The position numbers and the translations under genes are program-made. Shown one piece after another: positions 9,474 through 16,766 of a stretch of DNA of 64,000 bases; position 1 is the stretch's first letter; each line of letters begins with the position of its first letter. Source of the DNA: a virus. The stretch covers positions 1 to 64,000 of IMG/VR virus record IMGVR_UViG_3300044857_000313; one strand, given 5' to 3'. The notes under the pieces are model-generated. The model was not told the origin of the DNA, did no database searches, and saw only the letters and a list, made by a program, of their open reading frames with translations.

Positions 9474-11258
9474 TTACTTTTTTAAATGGTGGTAGAATCG
9501 TTTTCCTGCTTCCTTCTGTCTTGCTTCGGAGAAGTTGCTAATGCGTTTCAGATACCCAATAACACGAGTACCATAATCAACATCCGTGCTCCCACATTTC
9601 ACACAATGGGTTTCTGTGTCTGTATTGATGTAGCCACATTCATTGCAAATCGTACACAAGACATTGGTTGTCCAATACTGTACACCATACTTAGAGCAAA
9701 GCTTATACAAATGGACAAACTGTTCTGCACTCAACATCTGTTCAAGATTCAGATGGAGCGCCGAACCCCCATCAAGGTACTGAACAATGTCCTTTGAATA
9801 CAATTTGAGCTTATCAAGTACATTCACCTTCGTGTCTTCTACAGGGTAGAAATAACTGTTGTAACAATCACGAGGTACATAAAGACCTGCTTCCTTATCC
9901 CATTTAGCATTTTTAACACCGAGATTTTCGGCAGGAACAAACTCAGTATTGAAGCGGACTCCATACTCAGACAGAGCGGCCTTATTAGACATCGTAAGGA
10001 AAGACAACAAGGACTGTAAATAATTAAGATATTCCTTGTCTGTCACAGTACCTTTCTTATCTCTCAGGTACTCAAAGTATTCCAAGACACCATTCACACC
10101 AAGGGTCAAGAACTGCTTATCAATGTCCATGAAGCCCTGTGTGTACGCAGGGAGCAAACCTGCATCAATATAGCCTTTCAACACTTCACGATGGGCCAAC
10201 AGGTACTTATGTACTCTGTCCACTACTTCGTCAAGCTTAATACCACATTGACCGATACGGTTGATGTTCAAACTAATGACACGAGCAGAACCCGTAACAA
10301 CACCACCTGCACCCAACGTATAACTGAATGTGTTGTCGGCCAATTTATTGCGCAAACGACAGCAAGACGCAAGACTATCCACCTTGTCAGACATATAGAC
10401 AAAGAAGGAAAGACCTTGTTCCTGTTCCTTTGCTAGTGTCTGCATAAAATCATTATCCTTGAAACCACCTCTGCCATCGGTCAAGAGTGCGGCGGTGACA
10501 ACAGGGAACGTCAACAACTCTTTTTCTCGTTCCTGTCTGAACCATCGCAAGAAATGCAACTGCAACCGATAGGTGCTTTCAATGTCTACCTGTGTACCGT
10601 CTGGATAGTAGAAACCACCAAACATTTCTTTCAGGTAATCATGATCAAACACACTCACATTCCAAAAGACAGACTGGTCCCCTCGTGCGCTGGCGGGCTG
10701 ATTCAGTGCGTAGACAACGCCCTGAAATTCCTGATTGACTTCTTCAAAGTGTTTACCAAGGTAATTTTTGCCCCACTGTTTCCGTGCAAAGTAGTCAAAC
10801 ATGTGAAGGAACTCAACAGTAGCAATAGCTCCACTGAAATTACTTGCAATCTGATAAACAAGATTGACAAAGGAACCGCAAAAGCTCTGCAAGTTCTTCG
10901 GTGCTTTAGACACACCGCCTAAGCACTTCGTACCCTCCAACAAGAAGGGATACAAAGTGATACTGGCACAATAAGGTTTCAAAGATGTTTCATCATGTGT
11001 ATAGATATAATGATTTGCAAGGTCCTCTTCATAAGCCGTTGCCATGTCTTCGCCAAACATCTGAGTCAGTTTGTCTTTAACCAATTTACGGTTAATCTGA
11101 ATAGTATCTGGCTTAAATAATTCCGCTTCCAAGCCTGCAATCGTCTTCTGAGTAACATTACTGTTCGCATCTACCTTAGAGGCCGTAGCGGCATTGGAAG
11201 ACACCATATAATCATGGATGTATTTAATCTTTTCTTTTAAATCAACATTAGGTAACAT
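9474..11258 (-). CDS. nrdD: anaerobic (class III) ribonucleoside-triphosphate reductase, copy A
   Basis: C-terminal CxxC..CxxCG zinc site then glycyl-radical motif TRVIGYL; start set at MLPNVDL just after nrdG stop (ORF track extends to 11315). Confidence 0.85.
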   Translation of the reverse strand: MLPNVDLKEKIKYIHDYMVSSNAATASKVDANSNVTQKTIAGLEAELFKPDTIQINRKLVKDKLTQMFGEDMATAYEEDLANHYIYTHDETSLKPYCASITLYPFLLEGTKCLGGVSKAPKNLQSFCGSFVNLVYQIASNFSGAIATVEFLHMFDYFARKQWGKNYLGKHFEEVNQEFQGVVYALNQPASARGDQSVFWNVSVFDHDYLKEMFGGFYYPDGTQVDIESTYRLQLHFLRWFRQEREKELLTFPVVTAALLTDGRGGFKDNDFMQTLAKEQEQGLSFFVYMSDKVDSLASCCRLRNKLADNTFSYTLGAGGVVTGSARVISLNINRIGQCGIKLDEVVDRVHKYLLAHREVLKGYIDAGLLPAYTQGFMDIDKQFLTLGVNGVLEYFEYLRDKKGTVTDKEYLNYLQSLLSFLTMSNKAALSEYGVRFNTEFVPAENLGVKNAKWDKEAGLYVPRDCYNSYFYPVEDTKVNVLDKLKLYSKDIVQYLDGGSALHLNLEQMLSAEQFVHLYKLCSKYGVQYWTTNVLCTICNECGYINTDTETHCVKCGSTDVDYGTRVIGYLKRISNFSEARQKEAGKRFYHHLKK

Positions 11259-11259
11259 T

Positions 11260-11799
11260 CTACACCCTCTTCCAAAATTTGTGTGTCTCATCCAGGAAGT
11301 ATGGACGACCATCAACTAAATTATCTTGTGCGTCAAGACGATAGGTTGCCGTGATTCGATAGAACCTCTGGTTTGTCCGTGTGCTTTCAAGACCACCCAA
11401 TGTAGCAACATAAGGGCCTGTCTTCAACCAAGTACAATGCCCTTCAACTGCAATCATCTTGTCATGGTCTTCATCATCACTCCCACTGTACAAACCTGTA
11501 GGAGCAATGAAAGCCAAATCACGTAGGAGAGCGATTAAAGATTCATCTGTGATATGCTTATTATTTGTACCGCCCATTACAACAATAGCGTTTGCCCCTG
11601 CATCAACGGCGTCCTGTGCTTCTTCTAAAATATCAAGAAGGGACGTTAAGTCCACATCTTCGTTCTGTAATTCTGGACTATGACAACCAACACAATGTTG
11701 TTTGCAAGCCCCTAATTCAAGCGCATAGGCCATTTTATCAGGCAATTCGTTGAATGTAATATCTGTATTAACAACAGGGTACTTTAAAACTCTTGACAT
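11260..11799 (-). CDS. nrdG: class III RNR activating enzyme (radical SAM), copy A
   Basis: CKQHCVGC = CxxxCxxC cluster motif, directly upstream of nrdD. Confidence 0.7.
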   Translation of the reverse strand: MSRVLKYPVVNTDITFNELPDKMAYALELGACKQHCVGCHSPELQNEDVDLTSLLDILEEAQDAVDAGANAIVVMGGTNNKHITDESLIALLRDLAFIAPTGLYSGSDDEDHDKMIAVEGHCTWLKTGPYVATLGGLESTRTNQRFYRITATYRLDAQDNLVDGRPYFLDETHKFWKRV

Positions 11800-13376
11800 G
11801 ATTCATCTTCCTCTCCTAGTAATCTGTGTCTGTCCTTATCCCAATGGAGATACCCTGCAAGCCCTGTTGAACCTGCAAAGCGATTCTTTAAGACACGAAT
11901 TTTAATCAAGTTTCTTTCGGACTCATCCTCTGCCTGTTGGTTGCGTTCTAGGGCTAATACTTCATCGGGTATTTGCTTCAATGTACCACTACCACGCAAG
12001 TCATCAAGCGAGATGATTCCACCTTCTTCAAAGGATTTTTCACCACTTGTCTTTTTTAAGTGGGATATAACAATCATCCCGACACCCGTTTCTTCAACAA
12101 GTGACCTTAACTGTGTCATCAATTTATCAATGGTCTTCCGTTCATCTCCACCTTCATCCATACCAGATACAGCAATAGAGATATGGTCGAAGATGATAAA
12201 ATCACATTGTTCCGCTACGGCTAAATAGCGGATACGAGACAACAAGTTCCCACTCTCAATCGAACCAAAGTGATCATAGAGGACAAACCGTTTATCACTG
12301 AACAGCTCTTCATAGGCTGTCTTTAACTTATCCTTGTCTACACTACCCCACATAATAGACAGAGGTTTTTCAACACGGATAGACAACAACTCACGGAGTG
12401 TCTTTTTCGGATTTTCTTCAAGAAAGACAAGCCCAATTTTCAGTCCATCCTTCACCTTGAGTTTGTAGGCAATCTCACGAGCCGCTGTAGACTTCCCAAT
12501 GCCTGTGCCTGCTGTCAGCATCACAAGCTCCCCTTTACGGAGGCCCTTCGTGATACTTTTCAGCCCCTTACACCATGGATAGTCGTAACACTGAGCTTCT
12601 GTGTCATCACTGAAAAATTCATCTTCAATATCAGCGGCATTGATAATCCCATCGGGCCTATATTCCTTTGCGGTAAAGATGGCCTGTATGATTGCGTCTC
12701 CCTTACCCACTACAAGACACGCATTGGCATCCTTTTCGGGTAGGTCTGCAATCTTTAGTTTGTGTGGAGACAACATCCCCTGCACATCCTCAACAGCCTT
12801 TCGTCCCTGAGCGTCCATGTCAAACATGACAATGACTTCATCAAAGGACTCTAACCATTCGAGGTTTTCTTTAAAGGTACGTTTAGCCGATGTACAGCCG
12901 TGAGGTAAGGACACAACAGGCCATTTGTTACCACCCATCTGTGACACGGTCAGACAATCAATCTCACCTTCTGTAATGACAAGTTTCTTGCCACTATGGA
13001 AAAGATTCTGTCCAAAAAATCTATAAGCAGAAGTACCGTTCAAATAGAACTTCTTGTCCTTTGTCCGTAACTTCTGGAAAAGAACAGAACCGTCCTCATC
13101 ACAATACTCTGCGACTTGAACGGTTCCCAATTGTGTCTTTGTAACATAATAGCCATAACGCTCACATGTTTCAGCAGACAGACCCCTAGCACGTAGTGTC
13201 TTAAACTCCATGTCCTCATGGAGAATAATGGAATGTTTAGCCACCTCTATACCTTCTTTCGGGAATTCTGTATGATGACAACTAAAACAATATGTGTGCC
13301 CGTCATCATACAGCGTAGCGGCATCATGACTACCGCAATATGGACACGGAATATGCGCCTGTACAATTTCCGACAT
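11784..13376 (-). CDS. primase-helicase (T7 gp4-like), copy A
   Basis: N-terminal CPYCGSHDA..CFSCHH zinc finger, TOPRIM region, Walker A GTGIGKST, DnaB-like C-terminal half. Confidence 0.9.
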   Translation of the reverse strand: MSEIVQAHIPCPYCGSHDAATLYDDGHTYCFSCHHTEFPKEGIEVAKHSIILHEDMEFKTLRARGLSAETCERYGYYVTKTQLGTVQVAEYCDEDGSVLFQKLRTKDKKFYLNGTSAYRFFGQNLFHSGKKLVITEGEIDCLTVSQMGGNKWPVVSLPHGCTSAKRTFKENLEWLESFDEVIVMFDMDAQGRKAVEDVQGMLSPHKLKIADLPEKDANACLVVGKGDAIIQAIFTAKEYRPDGIINAADIEDEFFSDDTEAQCYDYPWCKGLKSITKGLRKGELVMLTAGTGIGKSTAAREIAYKLKVKDGLKIGLVFLEENPKKTLRELLSIRVEKPLSIMWGSVDKDKLKTAYEELFSDKRFVLYDHFGSIESGNLLSRIRYLAVAEQCDFIIFDHISIAVSGMDEGGDERKTIDKLMTQLRSLVEETGVGMIVISHLKKTSGEKSFEEGGIISLDDLRGSGTLKQIPDEVLALERNQQAEDESERNLIKIRVLKNRFAGSTGLAGYLHWDKDRHRLLGEEDESCQEF

Positions 13377-13378
13377 AA

Positions 13379-13711
13379 CTAGTCGTCCCCATAGTGTACA
13401 TCAAGGACATATTTGTTCTTAATGTCCCTCATGGTTTTGCGCTGTGCATCGGACATGTCCTTTTCGCAGGCACAACCAACCAACAGCACATAGACGGAAT
13501 CTTTCGCATGAGCGAGTCTATAGTCACCGTAAGCGAGGAAGGGAATCCCTTCTTTCACTTCACCATTCGGCATCACGATCAGGTGATACCCGATATTGAA
13601 CAGACCTTCTCGTCGCTGTTCTACATAAATTTCCCGAATGGTCTTCACCTTCGGTTCAAACAAGACACGCACCATGTTAGTTTCCTCTCTTTCTTTGTAC
13701 TTCAAATTCAT
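13379..13711 (-). CDS. T7 gp3.5 (lysozyme/amidase)-like protein lacking zinc-ligand regions
   Basis: IREIY..GYHLIV..NGEV.EG..VLLVG..DAQRKTM aligns with T7 lysozyme core; segments holding His17 and His122/Cys130 absent. Confidence 0.55.
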   Translation of the reverse strand: MNLKYKEREETNMVRVLFEPKVKTIREIYVEQRREGLFNIGYHLIVMPNGEVKEGIPFLAYGDYRLAHAKDSVYVLLVGCACEKDMSDAQRKTMRDIKNKYVLDVHYGDD

Positions 13712-13723
13712 GTTCTCACCCCC

Positions 13724-14053
13724 TTACTTTTTCTTTTTAGGGATAAGACCTTTCATAGGCTTCTTCTTTTCTCTAAACCATGCGTCGGGAATCTGTCTAG
13801 TGGAGTATTTAAATCCATTTTTCTCCGCCCAATCTGCATAGGTTGTCTTACTGCCTTTATACAACTTCAACTTCGGATTTTGGAAGACAAACCGAATATC
13901 CAAATCAGGATATTGCAACTTGATAAGCAAGTGTTTCTGTCTGTCTTCCCTCTCAAAAATCCCTTTTGCTTCTATAATGATTCCATTCGGCAACACAAAA
14001 TCTGGAGTATACTTATGCTGTGTGGCAGGTTTTTCATAGTTGATGTAGTACAT
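13724..14053 (-). CDS. endonuclease I / Holliday junction resolvase (T7 gp3-like), copy A
   Basis: HKYTPDFVLPNGIIIEAKG..EDRQKHLLIK.QYPDLDIRFVF..KLYKGS matches T7 endo I; the homologous frame continues upstream to about 14155 without a start codon. Confidence 0.8.
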   Translation of the reverse strand: MYYINYEKPATQHKYTPDFVLPNGIIIEAKGIFEREDRQKHLLIKLQYPDLDIRFVFQNPKLKLYKGSKTTYADWAEKNGFKYSTRQIPDAWFREKKKPMKGLIPKKKK

Positions 14054-14361
14054 CTCATATTTTTCCTGCTTCTTTAGCTCCTGAATTTGTGCGCTAATGG
14101 TGTCTTCAAAATGACTTCTCTTTTTAGGTGGTCTGTATGTATACGCACCCCCATTACAAAAACTCCGTCTCAGGTCTTACCACCACCCCAATTACAAAAA
14201 CTTCGTTTCAGGTCTTATCACCACACTGTGAACGTACTCCCACCTCTATAGGCGGGAGCTTCCTGCTTCAACGAGAACAGCGCCACTGACTCCAAAGAGT
14301 TGTGGCATCTTACACTCTCTCCACAGGCGTAGATTCCCGTGCGACCCACGGTATGTTATGA

Positions 14362-14994
14362 TTAAAAATCTTCACCGTCATCCGAACCGTCCGTGAATGG
14401 TACATCTACATCCGAACGTGTGTCTTCTTCATCGTCATCAATGACAGACGTAGAATCAAAGGCATCCTCATGCTTCTTAAAGCCGAAAGAGCTTGCATCC
14501 TGCCCATTACCATACGGAACGTACTTCAACAGCTGTACCGCCTGTAAGCGGAAAGACACACCAAAGTTTTTAGATGTATTGTAATACGGAAAGAGCTGGT
14601 AGGCGACAGCAACGACGCTTCCATTACCAATAGAACGCTTGATTTTGCTAGTAACAGGCCGCTCAGCACCATCAAATACAGGAACAACCTTGTCAATTTC
14701 TTTACCTGCCTTCGTGACAATATGAGCATTAGTAACAAATTTAACACTTACGTCGCCCTTGTCATCTTCACGGAACGACCCCATATTAGGCTCTGCGGCG
14801 AACTTCTTGTTCTTGAGTGTTTCTTTAAATTCTTCCCACACCGTCTGGGCTTCCTGCATCAGATTATTCATGTCTTCAACAGACGGAACAAGAGTAATGC
14901 TATATTTGTTTGTGTCTGTACCATTAAAAGTTTCTGTGTCTGCTAAATGACACCACATAGCTTTCCCTGTAATTACACCATCATTCATATTCAT
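14362..14994 (-). CDS. ssDNA-binding protein (T7 gp2.5-like), copy A
   Basis: 210-aa ORF in gp2.5 position with acidic C-terminal tail ending DGSDDGEDF (terminal Phe as in gp2.5). Confidence 0.7.
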   Translation of the reverse strand: MNMNDGVITGKAMWCHLADTETFNGTDTNKYSITLVPSVEDMNNLMQEAQTVWEEFKETLKNKKFAAEPNMGSFREDDKGDVSVKFVTNAHIVTKAGKEIDKVVPVFDGAERPVTSKIKRSIGNGSVVAVAYQLFPYYNTSKNFGVSFRLQAVQLLKYVPYGNGQDASSFGFKKHEDAFDSTSVIDDDEEDTRSDVDVPFTDGSDDGEDF

Positions 14995-15011
14995 GTTTCA
15001 TTTCTCCTCTT

Positions 15012-15239
15012 TTATAATAAACTTGCACGAGTAACTAAAATCATGCCGTCGGAATTTTCGAGTAGTAAATCCGCTATGGCTGTCTTAATGCCGTCTTCAA
15101 GCTTTACATGCTTCCTGCGGGACTTAGCGGCGATGACGCCTAAAAGACACAAGGTATCATTATCATAAGTCCCGCCATATAAAAAGCGGATGAGCTTGTT
15201 TGCATAGGCAACATAAGGTTTGTTCATGGTTTCCATCAT
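15012..15239 (-). CDS. hypothetical protein (75 aa)
   Basis: ORF conserved in copy B (58989..59222). Confidence 0.5.
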   Translation of the reverse strand: MMETMNKPYVAYANKLIRFLYGGTYDNDTLCLLGVIAAKSRRKHVKLEDGIKTAIADLLLENSDGMILVTRASLL

Positions 15240-15267
15240 GGTTATTTCTCCTTTTTTGTAGTGGTCA

Positions 15268-15936
15268 TTACAATACGATACGGTCCCCGTTCTTGATTGT
15301 ATCTAACCACATTTCATAGACACAAAGTTTATCATAATCAGCTTTCATATCTTCCTCAGTGCCTTTATGACCCATACGGAGCCGATATTTAAGGATATTG
15401 CCCTTGAGGAAGCCGATAAACTCATCGTGACTAAATAAAGCCTGCATGACAAGAATAGGATTTACAACAGTCTCACGATAATGTTTATCATGCATAGTGT
15501 CTTCCTGCGTGTCTTCATCCTCATGGATACGGGAGACACGCTGTGCCTTAACTACGAATACGTCATCACTGCCACGGAACCGTACACCATATATTACTTT
15601 GGAGCTTTCTGCATCGGTGTTAGGAGTCTCCCACGCGTCAACAACTACTGCATAACCACTTTCGTGCGGTGGCGGCGTAGCCCCCCAATTAGACATATCC
15701 ACCCACACGGTATCATAGATATTAATGTTATTTTCAAACATCTTTAACACATGAAGTTCACCATCCAACCAGTCATAGCCAACCTTTTTGTCAGTATCCT
15801 TACCACTATCACCGTGTATAATAGATACAACTTTAGCCATGTATTCCTCTACAGAATCACTTGTCTTGTCATTATTACCTAAGACATTACGAACATCAGT
15901 AATGATAACGTCGTCGCCTACTTTAATTTCTCTCAT
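15268..15936 (-). CDS. modular protein with DUF3310/SaV-like C-terminal domain, copy A
   Basis: C-terminal HYRxxVVNPILVMQALF..FLKGNILKYRLRMGHKG; start set at MREIKV after dut stop. Confidence 0.45.
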   Translation of the reverse strand: MREIKVGDDVIITDVRNVLGNNDKTSDSVEEYMAKVVSIIHGDSGKDTDKKVGYDWLDGELHVLKMFENNINIYDTVWVDMSNWGATPPPHESGYAVVVDAWETPNTDAESSKVIYGVRFRGSDDVFVVKAQRVSRIHEDEDTQEDTMHDKHYRETVVNPILVMQALFSHDEFIGFLKGNILKYRLRMGHKGTEEDMKADYDKLCVYEMWLDTIKNGDRIVL

Positions 15937-15943
15937 GGTTCCT

Positions 15944-16441
15944 CTAGTCCTTTCCTGTGCTTCCAAATCCTTCGTGTGTCCCTTCTTTTGTAAGGGAATC
16001 CACTTCTACTAATTCAGTCTGAACGTTCTCTACAAGCATAACCTGTGCGATACGTTCCCCTTTATTGATTCTTGTAACACTACTTCCGATATTTTCAACA
16101 AGCAAAAACAATTCATCGACATAGTCACTATCAACAATCCCTGTGCCATTTGCTAGTCTCAGTTTTGTTTTAAGACCTGTAGAAGACCGTACATAGACCT
16201 CTAAATGATATCCTTCGGGAATCTCAAACGCTACGCCTGCGGGGACTTTATAAGCTTTGTCCTGACCCCGTTGCGGATATAATGTCACTGTGTCATTTGC
16301 AAAGACATCATAGCAAGCAGATGACGCCGTAGCCCTATAAGGTGCTTTTGCGTCAGGTGTAATACGTGCGAATTTTAAAGACACTAAAGATTTATTGTTT
16401 GTGGTTGTCTTCCTTCGCTTGCGTGTTGTTTGTTCTGTCAT
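15944..16441 (-). CDS. dut: dUTPase, copy A
   Basis: RSSTG..LANGTGIVDSDYVDELFLLVEN..GERIAQ trimeric dUTPase motifs. Confidence 0.8.
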   Translation of the reverse strand: MTEQTTRKRRKTTTNNKSLVSLKFARITPDAKAPYRATASSACYDVFANDTVTLYPQRGQDKAYKVPAGVAFEIPEGYHLEVYVRSSTGLKTKLRLANGTGIVDSDYVDELFLLVENIGSSVTRINKGERIAQVMLVENVQTELVEVDSLTKEGTHEGFGSTGKD

Positions 16442-16486
16442 TGTTTATGCTCCTTTCAAAAGCAAAATAGAAAATGAAGACTTTCT

Positions 16487-16509
16487 TTCTTCGTTAGGTG
16501 CCACAATTA
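16487..16509 (-). promoter_or_regulatory. phage RNAP promoter, type A (TAATTGTGGCACCTAAC|GAAGAA)
   Basis: 23-nt T7-architecture motif (-17 TAAT, +1 G) repeated in arm A; tandem with next. Confidence 0.65.
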
Positions 16510-16535
16510 AAAAGACACACCTTGAAAGACTTTCT

Positions 16536-16558
16536 TTCTTCGTTAGATGCCACAATTA
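16536..16558 (-). promoter_or_regulatory. phage RNAP promoter, type A variant (TAATTGTGGCATCTAAC|GAAGAA)
   Basis: 49-bp tandem repeat of the previous unit, one change at -5. Confidence 0.5.
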
Positions 16559-16728
16559 AATGTGTGTCTTGCTACAAAGAGAAAAAGACATACAAAAAGA
16601 GAAATACTTAAATTATTTATATTAATTATTAATTATCATCAATAATTAATAATAAAAGAACTATAAGTATCTTAAAGTATCTTTAAGTATATATAGTTAC
16701 TTTAAGTATCTTATAGTTCTTTTCTCTT
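16559..16728. other. AT-rich repeat region between phage promoters, candidate replication origin (arm A)
   Basis: very AT-rich; 12-bp inverted repeat AAGAACTATAAG/CTTATAGTTCTT, three AAGTATCTT repeats; flanked by phage promoters downstream of the RNAP gene, as at the T7 primary origin. Confidence 0.4.
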
Positions 16729-16751
16729 CTCTTCGTTAGGTGCCACAATTA
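16729..16751 (-). promoter_or_regulatory. phage RNAP promoter, type A
   Basis: TAATTGTGGCACCTAAC|GAAGAG immediately after RNAP stop. Confidence 0.65.
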
Positions 16752-16766
16752 CAAACTATATAATAT

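Noticed and set aside
14225-14345. Possible tRNA or other small RNA gene in the arm-A-specific insert
   Set aside because: I could not build an acceptor/D/anticodon/T cloverleaf on either strand. There is no GTTCRANYC T-loop, and the one hairpin present lacks a 7-nt loop.
16487-16560. Tandem 49-52-bp repeats (also 60478-60601) could look like a short CRISPR array
   Set aside because: There are only 2-3 units. The conserved part is the 23-nt promoter motif, which also occurs singly elsewhere. The sequences between units are nearly identical rather than unique spacers, and there are no cas genes.
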